Assembly (NCBI GenBank): GCA_034927685.1
Contig: JAYFPO010000021.1
Span: 17,299-41,298 of the forward strand
Length of the DNA: 24,000 bases
DNA from: Oscillospiraceae bacterium
GTDB taxonomy: Bacteria; Bacillota; Clostridia; Oscillospirales; Oscillospiraceae
Direction: 5' to 3'
Shown here: positions 7,716 through 16,682 of the stretch, piece by piece
Numbering within the stretch: the first letter of the stretch is position 1
Layout of the letters: every line of letters begins with the position of its first letter
Notes under the pieces: model-generated
The model's database searches: none
The model's input: the letters and a program-made list of their open reading frames with translations, nothing else
What the model was told of the DNA's origin: nothing
Translations under genes and position numbers: made by a program

Positions 7716-9983
7716 ATGAAAGAACAGACCAGCAGCAGCCAGCTCATGGAGGTCGCCCTCCGGATCCGCGAAATGCGGGAGATCGACGGCTACACCGCCC
7801 AGGAGATGGCACAGAAAACAGAGGTCAGCACAGAGCTCTATCAGTCCTATGAGGACGGCCTCACCGATCTGCCCTTTACCTTTATTCACAAGTGCGCCAA
7901 AACCTTCGGCATTGAAATTGCCGACCTGCTGGAGGGGCAGAGCGCCCATCTCTCCTCCTATACCGTGACGCGCCGCGGCACGGGCAGCCAGACCGCCAAG
8001 GAAAACGGCATCTCCATTGTCAACCTGGCCCCGCGCTTCCGCCAGAAGCTGGCAGAGCCGTACTGGGTCACCTACGACTATGACAAGGAGCAGGAGCAGC
8101 GCCCCATCCACCAGACCACCCACGGCGGGCAGGAGTTCGACCTGATTCTCAGCGGCCGCCTCAAGGTGCAGATCGGCAGCCACACCGAGTTTCTGGAAGA
8201 GGGCGACAGCATTCTTTATAACTCCTCCATCCCCCACGGCATGATCGCGGTCGGCGGCACGAGCTGCCAGTTCTGCGCCGTGATTTTGCCGGGCGAGGAG
8301 GTCGAGGAGACGGCTGTCCGCCGGAGCCTGCTCCCCGAAAAGCGCGCCGAGCCCTACGTCTGTCAGGAGTTCGTCGACGCCGCGGAGAATGCCGACGGGA
8401 CGCTGAATTCCATCTATTTTAAAAACGAGGACACGTTCAACTTTGCCTTTGACATCGTCGACGCTCTTGGCAAAAAATACCCGAAAAAGCGGGCCATGCT
8501 CCACCTCGACAAGCATCAGGTCGAGCGGGATTTCTCCTTTGAGGACATGAAGAAGGAGTCCGCCCGGGCCGCCAACTACTTTAAGGCGCTCGGCATCCAG
8601 CGGGGCGACCGCGTCATGCTGGTCCTGAAGCGGCACTACCAATTCTGGTTTGCCATCCTGGGACTCCACAAGCTGGGCGCCATCGCCATTCCCGCCACCA
8701 ACCAGCTCCTCGAGCACGACTTCGTCTACCGCTTTGACGCAGCGGGCGTCAGCACCATTCTCTGCACTGCGGACGGCGATACCGCCGACTGTGTGGACGC
8801 GGCCGCGCAGCAGTGCCCCCAGCTCCATACGAAAATCCTGGTGGGCGGCAAGCGGGACGGCTGGCACGACTTCGACGCCGAGTGTCCCATGTACAGCAGT
8901 CACTTCCCCAGAACGGACGACAGCCCCTGCGGCGACGACCCCATGCTGATGTTCTTCACCTCCGGCACCACCGGCTACCCGAAGATCGCCACGCACAACT
9001 ACAAATATCCGCTCGGTCACTACATCACCGCCAAATACTGGCACTGCGTCTCCCCCAACGGTCTCCACTTCACCATCTCCGAAACCGGCTGGGGCAAAGC
9101 CCTCTGGGGCAAGCTATACGGACAGTGGCTCTGCGAGGGCGCGGTCTTTACCTACGATTTCGACCGGTTCGACGCCGTGGAGATCCTCCCGATGTTTGCG
9201 AAGTACCACATCACCACCTTCTGTGCGCCTCCCACCATGTACCGCATGATGATCCGGCAAGATCTCAGCGTGTACGATTTCAGTTCCCTGGACCACATCA
9301 CCACCGCGGGCGAGGCGCTGAATCCGGAGGTATACCGGCTCTTCGAGAAACAGACCGGCCTGCAAATCATGGAGGGCTACGGTCAGACCGAGCTGACGCT
9401 CACCATCGGCAACCTGATCGGCACGCAGCCCCGCCTTGGCTCCATGGGCAAGGCCATGCCGCTCTACGACATCCACCTGCTTGACCCGGACGGCAACCAC
9501 TGCGGCGCGGGCGCCAGCGGCGAAATCTGCGTGAAAACCGACGAGAAACTGCCCTGCGGCCTCTTTATGGGCTACTACCGCGACGAAAAGCGGACCAAAG
9601 ACGTCTGGCACGACGGCTACTACCACACCGGCGACGTGGCCTGGCGGGACGAGGACGGTTACTACTGGTATGTGGGGCGGGTGGACGACGTCATCAAGTC
9701 CTCCGGCTACCGGATCGGGCCTTTTGAGATTGAGAGCGTCATCACCGAGCTGCCCTATGTCCTCGAGTGCGGCGTCTCCGCCGCGCCGGATGAGGTCCGC
9801 GGGCAAGTCGTCAAGGCCAGCATCGTGCTGGTCCCGGGCACGGAACCCTCGGAAGCGCTGAAAAAAGAAATTCAGGATTACGTCAAGCACCACACCGCAC
9901 CCTATAAGTATCCGCGCATCGTGGTGTTCCGCGACGACCTGCCCAAGACCATCAGCGGCAAGGTCATCCGAAATCAGCTCTAA
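7716..9983 (+). CDS. Fusion protein: XRE-type HTH + cupin sensor domain :: medium-chain-type (ACSM-like) acyl-CoA synthetase, paralog A
   Basis: The track ORF begins at 7626 inside the T-box terminator. The ATG at 7716 (MKEQTSSS) has an AGGAGG RBS. Residues ~10-72 are an HTH_3-like domain and ~95-191 a cupin (HGGQEFDLILSG...GDSILYNSSIPHGM). Residues ~215-755 are a ligase (FNFAFDIVD, FFTSGTTGYPK, GYGQTE, GRVDDVIKSSGYRIGPFEIE, PKTISGKVIR). There is no stop or internal start at the domain junction. Confidence 0.9.
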   Translation: MKEQTSSSQLMEVALRIREMREIDGYTAQEMAQKTEVSTELYQSYEDGLTDLPFTFIHKCAKTFGIEIADLLEGQSAHLSSYTVTRRGTGSQTAKENGISIVNLAPRFRQKLAEPYWVTYDYDKEQEQRPIHQTTHGGQEFDLILSGRLKVQIGSHTEFLEEGDSILYNSSIPHGMIAVGGTSCQFCAVILPGEEVEETAVRRSLLPEKRAEPYVCQEFVDAAENADGTLNSIYFKNEDTFNFAFDIVDALGKKYPKKRAMLHLDKHQVERDFSFEDMKKESARAANYFKALGIQRGDRVMLVLKRHYQFWFAILGLHKLGAIAIPATNQLLEHDFVYRFDAAGVSTILCTADGDTADCVDAAAQQCPQLHTKILVGGKRDGWHDFDAECPMYSSHFPRTDDSPCGDDPMLMFFTSGTTGYPKIATHNYKYPLGHYITAKYWHCVSPNGLHFTISETGWGKALWGKLYGQWLCEGAVFTYDFDRFDAVEILPMFAKYHITTFCAPPTMYRMMIRQDLSVYDFSSLDHITTAGEALNPEVYRLFEKQTGLQIMEGYGQTELTLTIGNLIGTQPRLGSMGKAMPLYDIHLLDPDGNHCGAGASGEICVKTDEKLPCGLFMGYYRDEKRTKDVWHDGYYHTGDVAWRDEDGYYWYVGRVDDVIKSSGYRIGPFEIESVITELPYVLECGVSAAPDEVRGQVVKASIVLVPGTEPSEALKKEIQDYVKHHTAPYKYPRIVVFRDDLPKTISGKVIRNQL

Positions 9984-9991
9984 AATTTTAA

Positions 9992-10020
9992 TTGACAACT
10001 TCATATTTGCGTGCTATGAT
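9992..10020 (+). promoter_or_regulatory. Sigma-A-type promoter for the Val T-box unit
   Basis: TTGACA (9992-9997), a 17-nt spacer, then TATGAT (10015-10020). It is preceded by the AT palindrome TAAAATTTTA (9981-9990), which includes the stop codon of paralog A. Confidence 0.55.
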
Positions 10021-10026
10021 TCTTTG

Positions 10027-10310
10027 CAATAAAGGCTTTGACGGAGAGGGCCGGATACATCCCGTATCTCAGAGAAATGGCGGTTGGTGCGAGCCATGGA
10101 TACGCGTACCCGGTTTGTAGCTCCCGAGCCGGAGAGAAGAACGCGAAAGCCAGTAGACCTCTCCCGTGTCAGCCGCGTCAGAGCTTAGGGCTTATTGGAG
10201 CCCAATGAGGGGTGTTCGCTGTAAGACGGACACAATTTGAGTGGTACCGCGGGTTGCATTCGCAGCTCGTCTCAAAGAATCATTTCTTTGAGACGAGCTG
10301 TTTGTTTTTG
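10027..10310 (+). promoter_or_regulatory. T-box riboswitch leader (specifier read as GUA, Val)
   Basis: K-turn TTGACGGAG...CTCCCGAGC, AG bulge CAGAGAA (10071-10077), distal stem ATGGC/GCCAT with loop GGTTGGTGCGA. The 7-nt 3' specifier-loop side is TTTGTAG, with GUA at 10118-10120 followed by G. T-box core GAGTGGTACCGCG is at 10240-10252. A perfect 17-bp terminator CAGCTCGTCTCAAAGAA/TTCTTTGAGACGAGCTG (10264-10301) is followed by TTTGTTTTT. Confidence 0.9.
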
Positions 10311-10335
10311 TCTCAAAAACGAAGGAGATCGCCCT

Positions 10336-12633
10336 ATGCAAGAACAGAACATCACAGGCCTCGAATACAAAATCCGCGAAATGGCGGGCCGTATCCGCGA
10401 GCTGCGGGAGATCACCGGCCTCACTGTCCCGGAAATGGCCGCGCGCACCGGCGTCACCGAGGCGGAATACCTCCTGTGCGAAAACGGCGAGCGCGACCTC
10501 AACATCGCCTTCCTTTACCGCTGCGCCCTGAGCTTCGGCGTCGACGTGACGGACCTGATCGAGGGCCAGAGCCCCAAACTCCGCTCCTACACCCTGACCA
10601 GGGCCGGCGCCGGCCAGAAAATCGAACAGGCGCACCGGATGACCTACTACAATCTGGCCGCCGACTTCCAGGACCGCGTGGCGCTGCCGCTCTATGTCGT
10701 CATCCAGCACAGCAAGGAGGCCGAGCACGAGGACATCGAGCTGACCACGCACGACGGGCAGGAATGCGACCTCGTCGTCTCCGGCCATATGAAGGTCCAG
10801 ATCGGCGAGCATACGGAAATCCTTCACGCCGGCGACAGCGTCTATTACGATTCCTCCACGCCGCACGGCATGATCGCCGTGGACGGCCAGGACTGCTGCT
10901 TCTATGCCATCGTGCTGAACCCGGCCGAAACGCCCGCTCCCATCGGCGAACGGCCCGCCGAAAAGGCGCTTCCGGACCGCGACTCCCCGGAAAAGGACGA
11001 AGAGAGCCGGATTTATCAGGACTACGTCATCCCCACGGAGGAAGACGGCCGACTGACGAAGATCGCCTTTCAAAACGAGGACACCTTCAACTTTGCCTTC
11101 GACGTGGTGGACGCCCTCGGCCAGAAGAAGCCGAACAAGCTCTGTATGCTGCACGTCTCCGGGGACGGCACCGAGCGCCGCTTCACCTTTGCGGATATGA
11201 AAAAAGAGTCCGCCCGGGCCGCCAACTACTTCAAATCCCTCGGCATCCGGCAGGGCGACCGGGTGATGCTGGTTCTCAAGCGCCACTGGCAGTTCTGGCC
11301 CGCCATTCTGGGCCTGCACAAGCTGGGCGCCATCGCGATTCCCGCCACCAATCAGCTCCAGACCCACGACTTTTCCTACCGCTTCGACGCCGCGGACGTT
11401 TCCGCCATTCTCTGCACCGCCGACGGCCAGACCGCCGACTGCGTGGAAGAAGCCGCCGCGGAACGCCCGCAGGTCAGAACGAAAATTCTGGTGGGCGGCA
11501 GCCGGAAGGGCTGGCACGACTTCGATGAGGAGTATACCCTCTATAGCAGCCACTTTCTCCGCGCGGAGGACGCCCCCTGCGGCGACGACCCCATGCTGAT
11601 GTTCTTCACCTCCGGCACCTCGGGCTACCCGAAGCTGGCGGCGCACAACTATAAATACCCGCTCGGACACTTCATCACGGCCAAATACTGGCAGCGCGTC
11701 GACCCCGAAGGTCTGCATCTGACGATCTCCGACACCGGCTGGGCCAAGGCTCTCTGGGGCAAGCTCTATGGCCAGTGGCTCTGCGAGGGCGCAACCTTTG
11801 TCTACGACTTCGACCGCTTCGACGCCGAGAAGATTCTCCCGATGTTCGCGAAATACCACATCACCACCTTCTGTGCGCCGCCCACCATGTACCGGATGCT
11901 GATTAAGTGCGACCTCAGCCGGTTCGACCTCTCCTCCGTCGAGCATGCCTCCATCGCGGGCGAGGCGCTGAACCCCGAGGTGTTCCGCCAGTTCTACAAG
12001 GCCACGGGGCTGCGGATCATGGAGGGCTTCGGCCAGTCCGAATCCACGCTCATCATCGGCAACCTGGCCGGCGAAAAGCACAAGATCGGTTCGATGGGCA
12101 AGCCGGTGCCGCTCTATGACGTCTGTCTGCTGACCCCGGAGGGCGACGAAGCCGCCACCGGCGAGAACGGCGAAATCTGCGTCAACCTTGCAAACGGCCT
12201 GCCATGCGGCCTCAGCTACGGCTATGACGGCAGCCCGGACATCACCGCCCAGACCTGGAGGAACGGGTTCTACCACACCGGAGACCTGGCCTGGAAGGAT
12301 GAGGACGGCTTCTACTGGTACGTCGGCCGGGCCGACGACGTCATCAAGTCCTCGGGCTACCGCATCGGGCCATTTGAGATTGAAAACGTCATCATGGAGC
12401 TGCCCTATGTGCTCGAGTGCGGCGTCTCCGCCGCGCCGGACGAGGTCCGCGGCCAGGTGGTCAAGGCCAGCATCGTGCTGGTCCAGGGCACAGAGGGGAC
12501 CGACGCGCTCAAGAAGGAAATTCAGAGCTACGTCAAGGCCCACACAGCCCCCTACAAATACCCCCGCATTGTGGAATTCCGGGATGAACTCCCCAAGACC
12601 ACCAGCGGCAAGATTATCAGAAAGCAGTTGTGA
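10336..12633 (+). CDS. Fusion protein: XRE-type HTH + cupin sensor domain :: ACSM-like acyl-CoA synthetase, paralog B
   Basis: The track ORF begins at 10237 within the T-box. The ATG at 10336 (MQEQNITG) follows AAGGAG. It has the same three-domain architecture and ligase motifs as paralog A (FFTSGTSGYPK, GFGQSE, GRADDVIKSSGYRIGPFEIE, PKTTSGKIIR). Confidence 0.9.
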   Translation: MQEQNITGLEYKIREMAGRIRELREITGLTVPEMAARTGVTEAEYLLCENGERDLNIAFLYRCALSFGVDVTDLIEGQSPKLRSYTLTRAGAGQKIEQAHRMTYYNLAADFQDRVALPLYVVIQHSKEAEHEDIELTTHDGQECDLVVSGHMKVQIGEHTEILHAGDSVYYDSSTPHGMIAVDGQDCCFYAIVLNPAETPAPIGERPAEKALPDRDSPEKDEESRIYQDYVIPTEEDGRLTKIAFQNEDTFNFAFDVVDALGQKKPNKLCMLHVSGDGTERRFTFADMKKESARAANYFKSLGIRQGDRVMLVLKRHWQFWPAILGLHKLGAIAIPATNQLQTHDFSYRFDAADVSAILCTADGQTADCVEEAAAERPQVRTKILVGGSRKGWHDFDEEYTLYSSHFLRAEDAPCGDDPMLMFFTSGTSGYPKLAAHNYKYPLGHFITAKYWQRVDPEGLHLTISDTGWAKALWGKLYGQWLCEGATFVYDFDRFDAEKILPMFAKYHITTFCAPPTMYRMLIKCDLSRFDLSSVEHASIAGEALNPEVFRQFYKATGLRIMEGFGQSESTLIIGNLAGEKHKIGSMGKPVPLYDVCLLTPEGDEAATGENGEICVNLANGLPCGLSYGYDGSPDITAQTWRNGFYHTGDLAWKDEDGFYWYVGRADDVIKSSGYRIGPFEIENVIMELPYVLECGVSAAPDEVRGQVVKASIVLVQGTEGTDALKKEIQSYVKAHTAPYKYPRIVEFRDELPKTTSGKIIRKQL

Positions 12634-12637
12634 CACC

Positions 12638-13327
12638 ATGGAACCAAAACGCCTGACTCTGTTTGCCGGACACTACGGCAGCGGGAAAACCAATATTGCG
12701 GTCAATTACGCCGTCTATTTAAGGCGGCAGGGGAAGTCCGTGACCATCGCCGATCTGGACATCGTAAACCCCTACTTCCGCACCAAGGACAGCGCCGCGC
12801 TGCTGGAGCAGCTCGGCATCTCGCTGATCTGCTCGCAGTTCGCCAACAGCAACCTGGATATGCCCGCCATGCCCAAGGAGGCCTACGAACTGGTGGACGA
12901 CCGGCAGGAATACGGCGTGCTGGACATCGGCGGCGACGACCGCGGCGCGCTGGCGCTCGGCCGGTACACCCCGGCGATTCTGGAGGAAAACAACTACGAG
13001 ATGCTGTTCGTCATCAACCGTTCCCGCCCCCTGACCAGAACGCCGGAAGACACAATGGACGTGCTGCGGGAAATTGAGACCGCCTGTCGCCTGCCCTTCA
13101 CGGGCATCGTCAACAACACGAATCTGGGCCGCCAAACCACCGCGGAGGATGTGCTCCGCAGCCGGGACTACGCGGAGGAAATCTCCCGCGTCTCCGGCCT
13201 GCCGCTCAGAATGACCACCGTCAACCACCCGCTGCAACAAGCGCTGGAAGAAGATATCCCGAATCTGTTCCCGCTCCATCTGCAGGAGCAGTACTATGAA
13301 ATCAGAATGGAGGAAACCCATGGCTAA
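12638..13327 (+). CDS. P-loop NTPase (MinD/ParA/CooC-like SIMIBI class), unknown role
   Basis: The ATG at 12638 lies 4 nt after the paralog B stop. The longer track ORF (12188) is an out-of-frame overlap. Walker A FAGHYGSGKTN, then DLDIVNPYF and a Walker-B-like LDIGGDDRG. The 3' end overlaps the next gene by 8 nt. Confidence 0.7.
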   Translation: MEPKRLTLFAGHYGSGKTNIAVNYAVYLRRQGKSVTIADLDIVNPYFRTKDSAALLEQLGISLICSQFANSNLDMPAMPKEAYELVDDRQEYGVLDIGGDDRGALALGRYTPAILEENNYEMLFVINRSRPLTRTPEDTMDVLREIETACRLPFTGIVNNTNLGRQTTAEDVLRSRDYAEEISRVSGLPLRMTTVNHPLQQALEEDIPNLFPLHLQEQYYEIRMEETHG

Positions 13328-13526
13328 GCTGACATTTCGGGAAGAATTATGCAAGGGCTGCGGCCTCTGCGTAAATGCCTGTCCAAAGGGCATTCTCACG
13401 CTCTCCCGGACCAGACTCAATCAGAAGGGGCTCTCGCCCGTAGAACTGACCCAGCCCGACCTGTGCATCGGCTGCGCGTTCTGCGCCACCATGTGCCCGG
13501 ACTGCGTCATCACGGTAGAAAAATAG
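13320..13526 (+). CDS. 2-oxoacid:ferredoxin oxidoreductase delta subunit (2x[4Fe-4S] ferredoxin)
   Basis: 68 aa starting at the ATG at 13320 (GGAGGA RBS). Two CxxCxxCxxxCP motifs are present (CKGCGLCVNACP, CIGCAFCATMCP). Confidence 0.85.
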   Translation: MAKLTFREELCKGCGLCVNACPKGILTLSRTRLNQKGLSPVELTQPDLCIGCAFCATMCPDCVITVEK

Positions 13527-13541
13527 GAAAGGAGCACGTTC

Positions 13542-14600
<1,059 letters not shown>

Positions 14601-14602
14601 GT

Positions 14603-15340
14603 ATGGTAGTATTTGAAAAACCAAAGGCGTTAACCGACGCTGTTCTGCACTACTGCCCCGGCTGCACCCACGGCATCGTCCACCGTTTGGTGGCGGAGGC
14701 CATTGACGAGCTGGGCATCGAAGGAAAGACCATCGGCATCGCCCCCGTCGGCTGCGCCGTGCTGGCCTACAACTATTTCACCTGCGACATGCTGGAGGCC
14801 GCCCATGGCAGAGCGCCCGCCGTCGCCACCGGCGTCAAGCGCTCCCTGCCCGACCATGTGGTCTTCACCTATCAGGGCGACGGCGACCTGGCCTCCATCG
14901 GCATGTGCGAGACCGTACACAGCGCCGCCCGCGGCGAAAACATCACCATTATCTTCATCAACAACGCGATCTATGGCATGACCGGCGGCCAAATGGCCCC
15001 CACCTCCCTGGTGGGGCAGGTCACGCAGACCTCTCCCTACGGCCGCGACGCCGCCACGCAGGGCTATCCCATCCGCGTCTGCGAAATGCTCAGCGAGCTG
15101 GACGGCCCCTCCTATCTGGAGCGCGTCACCGTCAACAGCGTCAAAAACGTCAAAAATGCCAAGAAGGCGATCAAAAAGGCCTTCCAGAATCAGCTCGACG
15201 GCAAGGGCTTCTCGCTGGTCGAGGTTCTTTCCTCCTGCCCCACCAACTGGGGCCTCACGCCGCAGAAGGCGCTCGAGTGGATCGACGAGAAGATGATTCC
15301 CTACTATCCGCTTGGCGTTTACCGGGACAAGGAGGGTTAA
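14603..15340 (+). CDS. 2-oxoacid:ferredoxin oxidoreductase beta subunit (TPP-binding)
   Basis: Start at ATG 14603 (MVVFEKPK), 2 nt after the alpha stop. The longer track ORF overlaps alpha. Cys motif HYCPGCTHG and TPP motif GDGDLASIG...[11 protein letters not shown]. Confidence 0.9.
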   Translation: MVVFEKPKALTDAVLHYCPGCTHGIVHRLVAEAIDELGIEGKTIGIAPVGCAVLAYNYFTCDMLEAAHGRAPAVATGVKRSLPDHVVFTYQGDGDLASIGMCETVHSAARGENITIIFINNAIYGMTGGQMAPTSLVGQVTQTSPYGRDAATQGYPIRVCEMLSELDGPSYLERVTVNSVKNVKNAKKAIKKAFQNQLDGKGFSLVEVLSSCPTNWGLTPQKALEWIDEKMIPYYPLGVYRDKEG

Positions 15341-15343
15341 GCC

Positions 15344-15883
15344 ATGGCTGAACATCAAATCGTAATCGCGGGCTTCGGCGGACAGGGTCTGCTGTTCTCC
15401 GGCAAGGTGCTGGCCTACGCCGGCCTCATGGAGGACCGCCAGATCAGCTGGCTGCCGTCCTACGGCCCCGAAATGCGCGGCGGCACCGCCAACTGCAATG
15501 TCATCCTCAGCGACAGCCCCGTCGGCTCCCCCATCGTCGACCACCCCGACATTCTGATGGTCATGAACGCCCCGTCCCTCGACAAATACGAGGACGCGGT
15601 GCGGCCCGGCGGCATGATCTTCCTGGACTCCACCCTGATCGGCCGGAAGGTCAACCGGTCCGACGTCACCGCCTGCTACATTCCCGCCACGCAGATGGCG
15701 AACGACATGGGCGCGCCCGCGCTGGCCAATATGATTCTGCTGGGCGCGCTGGTGCGGCACACCGCCTGCGTCTCCGACGAGATGCTGGAGGCCGGACTGC
15801 GGAAGGTCGTCCCCGCCCGGAAGGCCGACATGATCGACCTGAACCTCAAGGCCCTGCTGGCAGGAAAGGATTTCTCGGAATGA
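15344..15883 (+). CDS. 2-oxoacid:ferredoxin oxidoreductase gamma subunit
   Basis: 179 aa. VIAGFGGQGLLFSGKVLA and SYGPEMRGGTANC are typical of the gamma subunit/domain. The start lies 3 nt after the beta stop. Confidence 0.9.
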   Translation: MAEHQIVIAGFGGQGLLFSGKVLAYAGLMEDRQISWLPSYGPEMRGGTANCNVILSDSPVGSPIVDHPDILMVMNAPSLDKYEDAVRPGGMIFLDSTLIGRKVNRSDVTACYIPATQMANDMGAPALANMILLGALVRHTACVSDEMLEAGLRKVVPARKADMIDLNLKALLAGKDFSE

Positions 15884-16665
15884 AAATTTCCTGCATCCAG
15901 ATGGATATGCAGCTTGGCCTTCCCGATGAAAACTTCGGGAAGGCCGCCCGGCTGATCGAAGCCGCCATGGCGGAGGCGCCCGACGTGATCGTGCTGCCTG
16001 AGACGTGGAACGTGGGCTTTTTCCCGAAGGATGCCCTCGCGTCCCTCTGCGACCGGGACGGCGCGCGGGTCCGGACTGAGCTGGGTACGCTGGCAAAAAA
16101 ACACGGGGTCAATCTCGTGGCCGGCAGCGTCGCCAACCTGCGGGGCGACAAGGTATACAATACCGCCCTGGTCTTTGACCGCGGCGGCGCCTGCGTCGCC
16201 GCCTACGACAAGACGCACCTCTTCACCCCCCTGGGCGAGGACCGGTTCTTTACCCCCGGCGACCACCTGTGCAAGTTTACGCTGGACGGCGTCCCCTGCG
16301 GCCTCATCATCTGCTACGACATCCGGTTCCCGGAGCTGACGCGCACCATGGCCCTCAGCGGCATGGACCTGATGTTCGTGGTATCCCAGTGGCCGAAGGT
16401 GCGGATTTCCCACCTGCGGGCGCTGACCACGGCCCGCGCCATTGAAAACCAGATGTTCCTCTGCTGCTGCAACTCCTGCGGCACGGCGGGCAAGACCGTC
16501 TACGGCGGCGCCTCCGCGATTCTGGACCCCTGGGGCGAAACTCTGGCGCTGGCGGGCGAAGGCGAGGAAATTCTCTCCGCCGACTGCGACTTCTCCATCG
16601 TAACCCACATCCGCGAGACCATCAATGTCTTTGCAGACCGGAAAAGCGGCCTGTACCAGCTATAA
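15880..16665 (+). CDS. Carbon-nitrogen hydrolase (nitrilase superfamily; omega-amidase/YafV-like)
   Basis: 261 aa. The Glu-Lys-Cys triad contexts are present (LPETWN, YDKTHLF, IICYDIRFPE). The ATG overlaps the gamma subunit stop (ATGA at 15880-15883). Confidence 0.85.
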   Translation: MKISCIQMDMQLGLPDENFGKAARLIEAAMAEAPDVIVLPETWNVGFFPKDALASLCDRDGARVRTELGTLAKKHGVNLVAGSVANLRGDKVYNTALVFDRGGACVAAYDKTHLFTPLGEDRFFTPGDHLCKFTLDGVPCGLIICYDIRFPELTRTMALSGMDLMFVVSQWPKVRISHLRALTTARAIENQMFLCCCNSCGTAGKTVYGGASAILDPWGETLALAGEGEEILSADCDFSIVTHIRETINVFADRKSGLYQL

Positions 16666-16682
16666 GAAAGAAGGAACTTACC

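Noticed and set aside
7701-12639. Long minus-strand ORFs (7701-9068, 9114-10004, 10192-12639 at 815 aa) and plus-strand alternative-frame ORFs (8650-9484, 10212-11528)
   Set aside because: They lie opposite or out of frame with the two acyl-CoA synthetase genes, whose motif content is unambiguous. The shadow ORFs have low-complexity Gly/Ala/Val/Arg-rich sequence and cross the T-box leaders.
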